NCBI GenBank assembly: GCA_947647645.1
Contig: CANSLE010000001.1
Coordinates: 1-40,219 of the forward strand
From: an uncultured Microbacterium sp.
Lineage (GTDB): Bacteria; Actinomycetota; Actinomycetes; Actinomycetales; Microbacteriaceae
Reading direction: 5' to 3'
Length of the DNA stretch: 40,219 bases
The notes under the pieces are model-generated. The model made no database searches. It was not told the origin of the DNA and saw only the letters and a list, made by a program, of their open reading frames with translations. Numbering within the stretch: position 1 is the stretch's first letter; the number at the start of each line of letters is the position of its first letter. Below are positions 18,807-29,132 of the stretch, one piece after another. The translations under genes and the position numbers were made by a program.

Positions 18807-20303
18807 ATGCGCATTCGCGCCCCTCGTCGGATACTCCTGAGCGTGGCCATCGTGGTCGCCGCCTTCATCGCCCTCGCAGCGTGGGCTTTCTCCTCGCCGC
18901 CCGGATCGAGCCCGGACGACGATTATCACATGGCCAGTATCTGGTGCGCGGCGGGCGACGAGCCTGGCCTCTGCGCCACGACATCGACTCCGAACGAGCG
19001 CGTGCTGTCGTCGGAGCTGCTGAGCGCCGCGAGTTGCTTCGCGTTCGACCCCGATCGCGCCGCGTCGTGCCCACGCGACGAGACCCACACTGCGGTGACG
19101 ACTCGGGGTAACTGGAACGGTGAGGCGTACCCGCCGCTCTACTACGCCACGATGCATGTCTTCGCAGGCAAGGACCTCTCGGTGTCGATCGCTGCCATCC
19201 GCCTCGCCAATGTGGCGCTCTACCTCGGCGTGATCACGGCGCTGTTTTTCCTCCTTCCGCGGCGCGGGCGCCCCGCGTTGCTGTGGGGCGCGTTGCTTAC
19301 CTCGGTGCCACTCGCGATCTTCCTGATACCGAGCATCAACCCGAGCTCATGGGCGGTGATCTCGGCAACCGGACTCTGGGCAGCGGCGTGGGGCTTCTTT
19401 GAACAGCGCGGGGTGCGCAAGGTTCTACTCGGTGTTCTCACGGTTCTGTTGCTCGTGCTCGGCGCCGGCTCCCGCAGCGATTCTGCCGCCTACGGCGTTC
19501 TGGCTTTGATCGCCGCGAGCGTCCTGGCGTTCCGCAAAGACCGGCGCTACCTCTGGTCGCTCGCCCTTCCCGTAGGGCTGATCGCGGTGGCGGGGGCATT
19601 CTTCCTAACCAGCGGGCAGTCCGCCGTCGTGGGCGCTGAAACGGTCACGAAGAACGCTTCCTACACCTTCACCGAGTTGCTCTTCATCAACCTCAAGGCT
19701 CTGCCGCAACTGCTTTCCGGCGTTCTCGGAACGTGGGGACTGGGTTGGCTCGATACCTACATGCCCGGAATCGTCTGGGTCACGATGATGCTCGTGTTCG
19801 CCGGCGTGGTGTTCTGGGGTCTGCGGCTCGGGCATGCGCGCAAGTGGATCGCCTTGGCAGGTGTCGGCGTCGGCACGCTGGTGGTGCCACTCTACATCTT
19901 GCTGCACGACGGCGTCGTGGTAGGCAACGGCGTGCAGCCGAGGTACGTGCTCCCGCTGATCATCATGTTCGCGGGCATCGCAGTGTACGGCTTTTCGCGG
20001 GGCGGTCTCGGGCTGAACCGCCTCCAGCTCTGCATCGTCGGCGGCGGACTCGTCGTCGCCCAGAGCATAGCCCTCCACGTCAACATTCGGCGATATGTCA
20101 CGGGACTCGATGTCACGGGCATCAACCTCGATCGCAACATCGAGTGGTGGTGGAACTCGCCGATCTCGCCGATGGGTATCTGGGCGCTAGGCACGGTGGC
20201 GTTCGCGGTGGTAATCGTTGGGCTTCTCGCCGTAGTCTGGCCGCGACGCGAGGAAACCGAGCCGACGCCCTCGACGGCAGCGCTACAGCACGTGGGCCAA
20301 TGA
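18807..20303 (+). CDS. DUF2142-like GT-C fold membrane glycosyltransferase (GacL-like)
   Basis: ATG 18807 after GAGGAG; PPGSSPDDDYH after TM1, YPPLYY, SINPS, GLGWLD, QPRY; about 11-12 TM helices. Confidence 0.8.
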   Translation: MRIRAPRRILLSVAIVVAAFIALAAWAFSSPPGSSPDDDYHMASIWCAAGDEPGLCATTSTPNERVLSSELLSAASCFAFDPDRAASCPRDETHTAVTTRGNWNGEAYPPLYYATMHVFAGKDLSVSIAAIRLANVALYLGVITALFFLLPRRGRPALLWGALLTSVPLAIFLIPSINPSSWAVISATGLWAAAWGFFEQRGVRKVLLGVLTVLLLVLGAGSRSDSAAYGVLALIAASVLAFRKDRRYLWSLALPVGLIAVAGAFFLTSGQSAVVGAETVTKNASYTFTELLFINLKALPQLLSGVLGTWGLGWLDTYMPGIVWVTMMLVFAGVVFWGLRLGHARKWIALAGVGVGTLVVPLYILLHDGVVVGNGVQPRYVLPLIIMFAGIAVYGFSRGGLGLNRLQLCIVGGGLVVAQSIALHVNIRRYVTGLDVTGINLDRNIEWWWNSPISPMGIWALGTVAFAVVIVGLLAVVWPRREETEPTPSTAALQHVGQ

Positions 20304-21544
20304 CCGGCTCGGGGGCCAGCGGGCATATGCGGGCCCATGCTCTAGCGTTGAGCATGGTGGGGGTGGCGAGCATCGTCGGTGCTCTCGCGGCGTTCGCCTT
20401 CCAAGTGGCCACAGCTCGGCTACTCGGCACCGAAGACTTCGGTTTGCTGGCCGCTTTCTTCGCGATCGTCAATGTCGCTGCCATCGGGAGTTCGGCGCTG
20501 CAGAACTCGGTCACCGTCCAGACAGCCACGCTGGTCGATGCCGCCCCGGGTGGCGCCCGCGTTCCCCTCGATGCGCTGCTGCTCGGCCTCGTCGGCGGCG
20601 CACTGGTCGCGGCGCTGGCGGGACCGCTCGGTGCCGCGCTGGGAACGAGCACCTGGATCGTGGTGATGGCGGCCACCAGCATTCCCATGAGTTTCGTGTT
20701 CGCCGCCTACCTCGGACGCATCCAGGGGGCCGGCCGCGCCGGCGCAGCCGTCAGCTGGTCGACCGCCTCTCTTCTGATTCGACTCGCCATCGCCGCACCC
20801 GCGCTCCTGCTTGGGGCCGGCGTGGGTGGTGCGGTCGGTGCGGTCGTCGTCGCTTCCGCTCTCGCGCTTGTCGGTGCCGCCATTACGGCGCGGAAGTCTC
20901 CCGCCCCGCCATCCGCGGTACTGACCTCTTCCGGCGTCATCGTGATGGTGATCACCATCGCCCTCGCCTGGTTGACGAGCGCAGACGTGTTCTATCTGCG
21001 TGTATACGCAGGAGCGGAGAACGCCGGCGCCTACGCGGCAGTCGCCGTTCTCGTGAAAGCGACGTTCATCCTGCCGTCGACCCTCTCGATGTATCTGTTG
21101 CCGCGGTTCGCGCGAAATCGGAGCAACCCCCAGCTCACGAGACTGGGAGTGTGTCTGTCCGTGGCCTCTTCGGCTCTCGCCGGACTCGCGATTCTGTTGG
21201 TGTTCTGGCTGACCGGTTCTCTGGTGATTGACGTGATCTACGGTCACCAGTTCGCGTCTTCGTCGGCCTATCTGGTGCCCGTCGCCGCGGCGTATCTGCC
21301 CTGGATCGTGCTGCAGGGGATGCTCATCCAGCTGACCTCGTCGGCATCGCTGGCGGCAGCCATCACTTTGGCCGGGGCAGTCGGCGTGCAATGGGTCGTG
21401 TTCTTCGTCCTCCTGCCCGACGTCCACGCCGCCCTGACGGGGTTCGGAGTACTCGGTGTTCTTCTGTGTGCCGTCCTGGCGCTCTACATCCGTCGAGGGC
21501 TCGCACGTCATCGTCCGCAGTTCGCGAGTGGAGTAAGTCAATGA
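20300..21544 (+). CDS. Wzx/MOP-type polysaccharide flippase
   Basis: ATG 20300 (ATGA overlap); ARLLGTEDFG, DVFYLR..AGAYAA, LLPRFA; about 12 TM helices. Confidence 0.8.
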   Translation: MTGSGASGHMRAHALALSMVGVASIVGALAAFAFQVATARLLGTEDFGLLAAFFAIVNVAAIGSSALQNSVTVQTATLVDAAPGGARVPLDALLLGLVGGALVAALAGPLGAALGTSTWIVVMAATSIPMSFVFAAYLGRIQGAGRAGAAVSWSTASLLIRLAIAAPALLLGAGVGGAVGAVVVASALALVGAAITARKSPAPPSAVLTSSGVIVMVITIALAWLTSADVFYLRVYAGAENAGAYAAVAVLVKATFILPSTLSMYLLPRFARNRSNPQLTRLGVCLSVASSALAGLAILLVFWLTGSLVIDVIYGHQFASSSAYLVPVAAAYLPWIVLQGMLIQLTSSASLAAAITLAGAVGVQWVVFFVLLPDVHAALTGFGVLGVLLCAVLALYIRRGLARHRPQFASGVSQ

Positions 21545-22419
21545 GTGATCGACGTCACGGCATCACCGGTTACGTGGCCGGTGGACTCGGTAACCAGCTC
21601 TTCATCCTGGCGGCAGCGTGGGAGCAGGCTGAACGGCTGGGATGCCCGCTGCTGCTCGATATCTCGCACTTCGCCGTCGGCGGAACGCGCGGCTTCGAGC
21701 TCGACTCCCTCGACGTTCCTGCGCGGGTACTGTCCCCGAAGGAGAGCTGGCACTCGCTTCGGCTAAGCCCCGAACGTGTGCTGCCCGTCCCGACGAAGTG
21801 GGGGCGGCTCTTCGTCGAACGGGATTCCGATTCCTACGCAGAGGCCGTGTCCCGACTGACGGCGGGCACGACGATGCTCGGTTACTTCCAGTCGCCGAAG
21901 TACTTCCCCACGGTCGCGGCCCCTCTGGTCGATGCCCTGCAGGCCCATCCCGAGACGCCGCAGGAGTCGGCATTGCTGGCGGAGTACCGATCGGAGCCCG
22001 CGATCACGCTACACCTGCGTCGGGGTGACTACCTCGCCGTCCCGACCGACCGCCAGTTCATCGCTTCGGTCGACTACGCCAAAAGGGCGATCTCGCTGCT
22101 TCGTGCGATGGGGATGGACCTTCCGATCCGGGTCTTCTCCGATTCAGTCGACCTCGTGGTGCGGGAGCTGGCCGGTGTTCGCGCAGACATCCGAGTGGTG
22201 CCTGAGGATGCCCCGCTGGGGATCTGGGCCACGTTGAAGGCGATGGCATCCGCGGAGGCCATGATCATGAGCAACTCGAGCTTCAGCTGGTGGGCAGGCA
22301 CGTTGATGCGTGCCCGCAACGAAAGCGCGCCGATCATCGCGCCCCGGCCGTGGACGCGCGGAGGTACGGCCAAGGCGGATTTGCTTGGGCCCGACTGGAT
22401 CACGCTAGACGCCCGCTGA
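21541..22419 (+). CDS. GT11 alpha-1,2-fucosyltransferase-like protein
   Basis: ATG 21541; GGLGNQLF, GYFQSPKYF, HLRRGDY, VFSD, SNSSFSWW. Confidence 0.9.
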   Translation: MSDRRHGITGYVAGGLGNQLFILAAAWEQAERLGCPLLLDISHFAVGGTRGFELDSLDVPARVLSPKESWHSLRLSPERVLPVPTKWGRLFVERDSDSYAEAVSRLTAGTTMLGYFQSPKYFPTVAAPLVDALQAHPETPQESALLAEYRSEPAITLHLRRGDYLAVPTDRQFIASVDYAKRAISLLRAMGMDLPIRVFSDSVDLVVRELAGVRADIRVVPEDAPLGIWATLKAMASAEAMIMSNSSFSWWAGTLMRARNESAPIIAPRPWTRGGTAKADLLGPDWITLDAR

Positions 22420-22435
22420 TCGACGGTGTCCCGCG

Positions 22436-24676
22436 TCAGCGGGCGCGCAGGGCTGTGTCGAGGAGGGTACGTGCTCGGGCGTCGAAAGAGTGCTCGTCAC
22501 GGATGCGCGCCGATATCGCCATGAGGTCGCGCTGGGCCGGGAAGATCGCGTCTAGATCGCCCGACAGCATCTCGATGAGCTCGGGCACGGTGTCCCATGT
22601 CTTCACCGCGCCGCCGAAGAGTTCGGCGATGCCATCGACATCGTCGCTGATGGCTCGGCCGCCCGAGGCCACGACGTCGAACAGACGGTTGCCGATGAAG
22701 CCCCGCTCTTGCATTGCCGGCCAGTGGTCGTTGAGGACGACCCCCGCTCCCTCGTAGAGCGCGGGCAGTTGATCGTTGCTGACACCCGTCGCCACGATTC
22801 TCTCGGCGGGTATCCATCCGCGCCAGTCCGGTCCGATGACCGTGACGGGGATGCCTGCACGGATGGGTTCGACGATCGACGGACGGAAAATGCCACGAGC
22901 TGTGCCGACGAAGAGGATGTCACGCCCGCGCACGCGTCCAGACGGGCGGAAACGGGTCGGGTCGGTGCACTGGGGGAGCGCAATGACGGGTACGCCGAAC
23001 GCGGCGGTGGCCAAGTCTGCCCACAACGCGGAGGCGGCAAAGACCGCGTCGAAGTCGGCGAGGTCGGAAGCCCGGATCTCATCCGGGTGGCTGATGATCC
23101 ACAGCAACGAAATCCCGAACGGCGAGGCCTCGAGCGGCTCCGGTCCCCGCAGGGCCACGGTGACATCGTCGAGGTATCTTGTCTCGCGTGTGCGTGCCGC
23201 GTACGCGTCGATAACGACCTCTTGCCCAAGGCGCCGCAACGCCGCTGCGAGGGCGCGGGCGAAGTGAGTGTCTCCCCATCCCTCTGCGCGCGGCCCGACA
23301 GGCGTTGCCGTCTGCAGTGCCCAGCGCAGAACGGGCACGGTTGTCCCGTCGTGCAGTTGGGCCTCGCGGCGCGGGCGTCGGAGAGTCCCCGCGCCGGCGC
23401 GCTCCCAGCCTCCGCGCTGCAGCAGTTGGTCGGCGGGGGTGGCGATTTCGGGAAGCGCGGCCGCGGCAGCGTGTGTGCGCGTCCGTGTCTCGGTGTCGAG
23501 CGCCACGAAGGTGTGCCCGACGAGCCGCGCCGCGGCGTCCGCGCCCTGCAGCCGTGTCGTGAGGTCGGATCGACGGGCAGCGAAGGTCGTCCCCGCGAGC
23601 GCCGGAACCTCGAGGGTCGTGTTCTGACGAAACGGGCCGAGGTCTTCAACGGGATGACCGGCCAGGAACCGGCCCTCCGCTGTCGCGCCGACAGCCGCGA
23701 TGGTGCCGTCGGCATCCCGCCACACGGGCGCGAAGAGGGCGCCACCCTCCGCCGCCTCGACGTGCTCGGCGAGCCGGATGGCGTTGGCGGCGCTGAGCGT
23801 CTGGTTCGGTCCGCGAACCACCACGACGTCTGCGGCCGACGACGCGACGAGTTCGTCGAGTGCGACGGCGGGATCTGCGAGTCGCCGACGGCTGATGCGC
23901 ACACGGGGATGCTGAGCGCACAAGAGCGACGCCAGAGTCCAGTCTTCGGCGCGATCGTCCATGACCACCATCGCGACGCCGTGATCGCGCGCCTGGACGA
24001 ACTGCACGGCCTCCGTCAACGACTCGTCGACATCTTCCTCGCCCGGGCCGATAGCCATGATCAGCTCGCGCGCCACAGGTGCACCGCCGGGGGTGGCCGC
24101 GACCTCCCGGTCTTCGCGGGCGAGGGCAGCCGCGTCGACGATCACGCGGGTCAGCTGCGACCACGGAACCTGGGCCGGCTGGGCCGTGGGGCCGAACGGG
24201 AGCGAGTCGGTGTCGCGTCGATGCCATGCATGGCCCACCGGCCCGCCCAGCGCGTTCCACGCCTCGGGGTGTGCTTCCGCGTACGCGACTGCATCCCAGA
24301 GCGGACTCACCTGCAACCCGCGTGGGTCAGCCACGAGGTAGGCGTAGAGGGCCGGCACACGCCAAGCCTCGGGAAGGTGGTCGCCGACGGCGGAGTCGAC
24401 GAACAAAGGGGACAAGCGCAGGCCCGCTCGGTGCCCGCCTTTGACATAGCGTCGGATCGCAGCGGCGGAACTGATCGGTCGGCCGAGCTGCGCCCGTACG
24501 TAATCCCGGTCGACGATATCGGCGCGGCGGATGACATAAGCCCACCAAAGGCGATCGATGCTCGCGACGAGCGGTCGGAGCGCCGGGCTCTCCCGGGCGG
24601 TACGAAGATGCGAGCGGAGGCTAGACAACACCATTCGACTATAGGCACGCGGGCGCGACGCGACGGCGGTTGCCAT
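22436..24676 (-). CDS. Multidomain glycosyltransferase with a C-terminal CgeB/Glyco_trans_1_2-type GT-B domain
   Basis: WGDTHFA, WIISHP, FVGTAR, VVLNDHW..M...GFIGNRLFD in the C-terminal part; N-terminal region of unknown function. Confidence 0.78.
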   Translation of the reverse strand: MATAVASRPRAYSRMVLSSLRSHLRTARESPALRPLVASIDRLWWAYVIRRADIVDRDYVRAQLGRPISSAAAIRRYVKGGHRAGLRLSPLFVDSAVGDHLPEAWRVPALYAYLVADPRGLQVSPLWDAVAYAEAHPEAWNALGGPVGHAWHRRDTDSLPFGPTAQPAQVPWSQLTRVIVDAAALAREDREVAATPGGAPVARELIMAIGPGEEDVDESLTEAVQFVQARDHGVAMVVMDDRAEDWTLASLLCAQHPRVRISRRRLADPAVALDELVASSAADVVVVRGPNQTLSAANAIRLAEHVEAAEGGALFAPVWRDADGTIAAVGATAEGRFLAGHPVEDLGPFRQNTTLEVPALAGTTFAARRSDLTTRLQGADAAARLVGHTFVALDTETRTRTHAAAAALPEIATPADQLLQRGGWERAGAGTLRRPRREAQLHDGTTVPVLRWALQTATPVGPRAEGWGDTHFARALAAALRRLGQEVVIDAYAARTRETRYLDDVTVALRGPEPLEASPFGISLLWIISHPDEIRASDLADFDAVFAASALWADLATAAFGVPVIALPQCTDPTRFRPSGRVRGRDILFVGTARGIFRPSIVEPIRAGIPVTVIGPDWRGWIPAERIVATGVSNDQLPALYEGAGVVLNDHWPAMQERGFIGNRLFDVVASGGRAISDDVDGIAELFGGAVKTWDTVPELIEMLSGDLDAIFPAQRDLMAISARIRDEHSFDARARTLLDTALRAR

Positions 24677-24682
24677 ATCCCG

Positions 24683-25573
24683 TCAGCGTCGCACGGCCGT
24701 CAGGCGGGTGGAGCCCAGCGCTCGGCCCAGCACCCCTTCCAGCCGCCCCACGAAGGCGTGCAGACCGTCGGTGAGACCGTACTCGTTGCCCCGGCGCAGT
24801 CCCACCAGCAGTCCCGCGAAGACGAACCCCCAGCGATGCCAGAGCGGGAAGGGGTGACGGGCCAGGACACGCCCGATGCCGCGGCCGTAGGCGCGGATCT
24901 TCCACCGTCGCTCGCTTGCGCTGAGCCCGATCGATTCTGGCACACCGCCGACGTACACATCCTCCGCGCGGGTCCAGATGAATCTCCGGGCGATCGCGGG
25001 CTCTGCCGCAAGTACCCGCATGAGGAGATCGGTGACCTCGCCCGCCTGCCACGGCGTCGCTGCACCGCTCCCGATCGATACGTCGAACCCGCCGACGCCG
25101 CGCAGTAGGCCGAGGCGGATGACGAGACTCATCTCGATCACGTTCCAGACCGTCGATGTATCGAGGGTCGTTCCCGGCGCTGGCAGCGCGAAGCGTGGAC
25201 CGATTTCGGTTGATACGGTCACCGCCCCGCCAGGCGCATCGGCCACGAGCCGACGGATCGCCTCGATGCTGTTCTCGGGAAACCAAGTGGTGTCATTCGG
25301 AAACATGACCAGAGCGTCGTCACCCGCACTCGCGAGGGCGGCGATGCCGGTGTTGCGTCCCAGCGATGCGCCGCGACCCGAGGTGAGGGCGCTGACGCGT
25401 CCGCGGGTGTCCGCGGCATCCACCAGAGCCTGGACGTCAGCGACGTTGCCTTGGGCGACCACGACGATCCGATCATCGGGACCGAGCTGCGGCACGGCGG
25501 AGTCGAGAAGCCGACGAAGTGGCACGACGCGTCCGAGAGTCGTCACCACGAGCATCATCGGGGGAGTGGTCAT
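24683..25573 (-). CDS. GT2 family glycosyltransferase
   Basis: ATG 25573 (ATGA overlap); VVTTLGR, GASLGRNTG, FPNDT, GGFD..IGSG, AGEVTDL. Confidence 0.82.
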   Translation of the reverse strand: MTTPPMMLVVTTLGRVVPLRRLLDSAVPQLGPDDRIVVVAQGNVADVQALVDAADTRGRVSALTSGRGASLGRNTGIAALASAGDDALVMFPNDTTWFPENSIEAIRRLVADAPGGAVTVSTEIGPRFALPAPGTTLDTSTVWNVIEMSLVIRLGLLRGVGGFDVSIGSGAATPWQAGEVTDLLMRVLAAEPAIARRFIWTRAEDVYVGGVPESIGLSASERRWKIRAYGRGIGRVLARHPFPLWHRWGFVFAGLLVGLRRGNEYGLTDGLHAFVGRLEGVLGRALGSTRLTAVRR

Positions 25574-26811
25574 GGGCGCGCCCCGTCCGCAGTCAGGGCC
25601 CGCATCCGCGATCGCGTGCGCGACGCGAGGAGCACGGTCGAGATGCTCTCCGTCGCGCCGTAGCCGATGGCCACGCCCAGGGGGCCCCACAGGATTCCGC
25701 CGCCGACCATCAGCGGGATGCCGATGACGGTCGCGGCCACGGTCGCGCGCATGACCGCCCCCTGATCTCCTGCCGGGAACAGCACATGGCGGGTCATCGA
25801 GGTGCGCAACGAGTACATAGCGAAGGCGAGTCCGAGTGCGACACATACGCCGAGCGGTGCGGCCGCTTGGTCGCCGAACAGCAGAGCGCTCACTGGCGTT
25901 CCGAGCGATCCGAGAACGATCATGCCTAGTGCGCCGAAGCCGCCGTGCAGCAGGAGGGCGATCCGCAAGCGCCGCAGGCGTGCGGCGCCCTCGACTTCCG
26001 CAGACCACGATTGCAGGGCGTTCGCGAGGGTAAGGGGCAGAAACTGCCCGAGTTTGGACATCTTGTCGGCCGAGGCGAAGCCTGCCGCGGCGCTTCCCAT
26101 CGACAGGAGGTTTACGAGCGGAGTGGGGACGGCCGAGTACGCGCCGAGTGCCGCATCGTTCACCGCGACCGGAGCTCCCACTCGGAAGAGCCCCGGGATC
26201 TCTCGACGAGGCGGCCAGGGGGAGGGATAACGCCGGAGCAAACCAATGGTGAACGCCGTGGTTCCGACGACGGTGACAGAGATCCCCGCCAGCGGATAGA
26301 TCTCGACGGGCAGGCCACCGAGGATCGCGAACATCGATAGCGCAGCGACGCACAGTCGCGGGAGCGCGTCGTAGAAGAGGATCGAGCGCGGATCGCCGAC
26401 ACCGACGGAGAACCACGTGAACGACAGACCGATGAGCGCCCCCTGCAGACCCATCAACGCCGCGAGAAGCTGATGACCGGGAGCGGCGACGATAGCGCAG
26501 ACGATGATCAGCAGCGGCAACGCGACCACCGAGGTCAGCAGGCGCACCACGACGGCATCTCGGTACGGTCGGCCGCGGCGGACGTCGTCCGGGGCGATCG
26601 CGACGAGGGCGGGGCCGACCGTCGTCCAGCCGTAGGCGACGGCGATCGCGGCGAACGTGCCGACTGACTCGCCCGCGATCGCGCTCGCCCACCCGTCGGG
26701 CCCGGCCGCACGCGACACGGCTGGCAGGACGAGCAGTGGAGACACGGCTGCCACGGCGGGGATCAGAGTGAAGCCGAGAAGCCGCGACCGCAGCGACGCC
26801 GGCTCAGCCAC
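25570..26811 (-). CDS. Wzx-like polysaccharide flippase (second copy)
   Basis: About 12 hydrophobic segments; LPAVSR.AGPDGW, YGW, GFASADK; operonic with GT genes. Confidence 0.72.
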   Translation of the reverse strand: MAEPASLRSRLLGFTLIPAVAAVSPLLVLPAVSRAAGPDGWASAIAGESVGTFAAIAVAYGWTTVGPALVAIAPDDVRRGRPYRDAVVVRLLTSVVALPLLIIVCAIVAAPGHQLLAALMGLQGALIGLSFTWFSVGVGDPRSILFYDALPRLCVAALSMFAILGGLPVEIYPLAGISVTVVGTTAFTIGLLRRYPSPWPPRREIPGLFRVGAPVAVNDAALGAYSAVPTPLVNLLSMGSAAAGFASADKMSKLGQFLPLTLANALQSWSAEVEGAARLRRLRIALLLHGGFGALGMIVLGSLGTPVSALLFGDQAAAPLGVCVALGLAFAMYSLRTSMTRHVLFPAGDQGAVMRATVAATVIGIPLMVGGGILWGPLGVAIGYGATESISTVLLASRTRSRMRALTADGARP

Positions 26812-27937
26812 GGGTCGCTCCTGCCTCGGCAGCGCTTCTCAGCACTGCGGCGAAGGCCACTGCCGCAGCATCCCACGTGAACCGCTGCGCCCACTCCATG
26901 CCGCCGGCGCGCAATGCATCGCTGGACTCGTCGTCCAGTCCGAGGGTGGCACTCAGGGCCGCGGCGAAGCTCTTTGGGTCTCTCGCATCGGCGTACCGCG
27001 CGTACGTGCCGCCGACCTCGCGCAGAACTGCGGTGTCATGGGCGACAACCGGTACCCCGGCGCCGAGTGCGTCGGCGACCGGGAGACCGAAGCCTTCGCT
27101 GAGCGACGGGCATGCGTAGACGGATGCGACCTGGTACAACGCCCCCAGCTGCTCGTCGCTTACCCAACCCGGCAGAACCACGTCGCCGTCGAGGTGAAGG
27201 TCCTCGACGCTCGCGTGCAGCGGGTCCGTAGATCCGCCTCCGGCGATGACGGACACGGGTCGGCGATCGGGGGCGATCTGGGCGAGCGCTGCGAGCAGTC
27301 CGATGAAGTTCTTGTGCGGCATCCGGTTGCCGGTGGAGACGAGGATCGGGCGCCCGGGCGTGATGCCCAGGGGGGCAAGCACCGGCCACGGGTCCTCGAC
27401 CCGGGCAAAGGTGGAACGCCCGTTGTAGACCAGCGCGATATCGCGCTTCGGGATGCCGAGATGCCGGGTGATCGCGTCCGCAGCTGTAGAGGAAACCGTG
27501 ACGACTCGGCGGGCTGTGCGAGCGGTTCGCGTCATGAGCCATGCCGTGACAGCCCGACCCAAACGCTCGAAGCCCGTACCGGGCAGCTCGTGATAAATCA
27601 CGTCGTGGACAGAGACCACGCGAGGCACGCGGCCAGCCGTCAGCGGGCCGAAGTTGGCAGGGGACCATACGACGTCTGCGCAGGTGCGCCGGGCAACGCT
27701 GTTCACACGGGTGATCTCACCCAAAGCCCATGTTGCGCGGCCGTCACCTACCCAGCGGACCACCTCGACCTCGCCGGGGAAGAACGCGCGCACGGAATCC
27801 TCCCCGGCGGCGCCGGTCAGGCCGATGAACACTGCGTCCGGCAGCTGGGCTGCGAGACGGGGGAGGAGCTCGCGGACGTATGTCTCGGTGCCGCCGCGGC
27901 CTCCGGTGTAGCCGAGCAGATCAACGAGGACCCGCAC
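26804..27937 (-). CDS. GT4 glycosyltransferase (MtfB/WbaZ-like)
   Basis: GTG 27937; GGTETY, SVHDV, TVS, HKN, PSLSEGFGLPVADA, FTWD. Confidence 0.9.
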   Translation of the reverse strand: MRVLVDLLGYTGGRGGTETYVRELLPRLAAQLPDAVFIGLTGAAGEDSVRAFFPGEVEVVRWVGDGRATWALGEITRVNSVARRTCADVVWSPANFGPLTAGRVPRVVSVHDVIYHELPGTGFERLGRAVTAWLMTRTARTARRVVTVSSTAADAITRHLGIPKRDIALVYNGRSTFARVEDPWPVLAPLGITPGRPILVSTGNRMPHKNFIGLLAALAQIAPDRRPVSVIAGGGSTDPLHASVEDLHLDGDVVLPGWVSDEQLGALYQVASVYACPSLSEGFGLPVADALGAGVPVVAHDTAVLREVGGTYARYADARDPKSFAAALSATLGLDDESSDALRAGGMEWAQRFTWDAAAVAFAAVLRSAAEAGATRG

Positions 27938-27941
27938 CGCT

Positions 27942-29132
27942 TCAGCTCTCGATAACGGCGTCGGCACGTACGACGCGACGCGGAGTCGTCAACACGCCCG
28001 AGAAGAAGCTCATCATGATCGTCTGGAAGCCGAGCACGATGCCCAGGGCGCTCGGGATGGCGATGCGCACGACCGCGGCGGCGTCCTGCGGCCCGAAGTT
28101 CAGGCTGCCCCAGCGCAGGACCTGGACGACTCCGATGGCGACGCCGATGACGAACAGTGCGAGGCCGATCAACAGGCCGCGCTCGGCGCTCCAGCTGGCA
28201 ACGACAGACCGGTACCGTGCACTCGTCGGAAGGAACCCCTCCTGGGTTGCATACAGCTTCGTCAGCCAGAAGAACATGAGGGACTGGTAGCCGGTCACGC
28301 AGAGCGCGCTCGCGTAGACCATCGTCGTGACGTCGAAGCCGACCCCGGCTACCTCGACACCACCGAAGGAGAGCACCCCAACGGCGATCGCGCCGACGAA
28401 GAACGCGATGAGCCCCGGGTACACGAAGAGCCAGCGCGGTGCGAAGATCAGCAGGAAGCGCAGGTGGCGCCAGCCATCGTGCCAGCTACGCAGGTGCGGG
28501 GGACGTGACCGCCCGTCCTTCTTCAGCGTGGTCGGAACCTCCTCGATGCGGTAGCGCGAGAGCGAGGCTTTGACGACCATCTCCGACGCGAACTCCATCC
28601 CGGTCGTCTGCAAGTCGAGCTCCAGCATCCGTGCGCGGTTGAATCCGCGCAGACCGCAGTGGAAGTCGCGCACGCCGGGCCGGAAGAACAACTGACCGAT
28701 CGCCGACAACACCGGGTTGCCGAGGTACTTGTGCAGGGGCGGCATCGCGCCCGGAGCGATCCCGCCGGCAAAGCGGTTGCCCATGACGAGATCAGCACCC
28801 GCTCGAAGACGCTCGATGAACGGTTCGAGGTGCTCGAAGTCGTAGCTGTCGTCGGCATCCGCCATGATCACGTAGCGCCCGCGGGCGGTCTCGATCCCGT
28901 TGATGAGCGCTGCACCGTAGCCGCGGCGAGGCGCGTGGGAGACGCGGGCACCGAGGTCGGTGGCGATTTTCTGGGAACCGTCGGTGCTTCCGTTGTCCGA
29001 GATGAGCACTTCGCCGAGGATCCCGGTACGGTCCAGGAATCCCTGCGCCTTGCGGATGCAGACCTCGAGTGTCTCCGCCTCGTTCAGGCATGGCATCAGG
29101 ATCGTCAGCTCGAGGTCCTGGGGCTGGTTCAC
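27942..29132 (-). CDS. Polyprenol-phosphate glycosyltransferase, GT2 with C-terminal TM helices
   Basis: ILMPCLNE, DNGSTDGS, RGYGAAL, MADADDSYD, DFHCGLRGF, GMEFASEM; four C-terminal TM helices. Confidence 0.9.
   Translation of the reverse strand: MNQPQDLELTILMPCLNEAETLEVCIRKAQGFLDRTGILGEVLISDNGSTDGSQKIATDLGARVSHAPRRGYGAALINGIETARGRYVIMADADDSYDFEHLEPFIERLRAGADLVMGNRFAGGIAPGAMPPLHKYLGNPVLSAIGQLFFRPGVRDFHCGLRGFNRARMLELDLQTTGMEFASEMVVKASLSRYRIEEVPTTLKKDGRSRPPHLRSWHDGWRHLRFLLIFAPRWLFVYPGLIAFFVGAIAVGVLSFGGVEVAGVGFDVTTMVYASALCVTGYQSLMFFWLTKLYATQEGFLPTSARYRSVVASWSAERGLLIGLALFVIGVAIGVVQVLRWGSLNFGPQDAAAVVRIAIPSALGIVLGFQTIMMSFFSGVLTTPRRVVRADAVIES

Noticed and set aside
22709-25108. 799-aa plus-strand ORF and other long antisense ORFs (e.g. 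11673-12830, 26657-27955, 30203-31516, 32405-33523)
   Set aside because: They lie opposite well-supported genes and carry no recognisable motifs; long stop-free shadow frames are expected in high-GC DNA.
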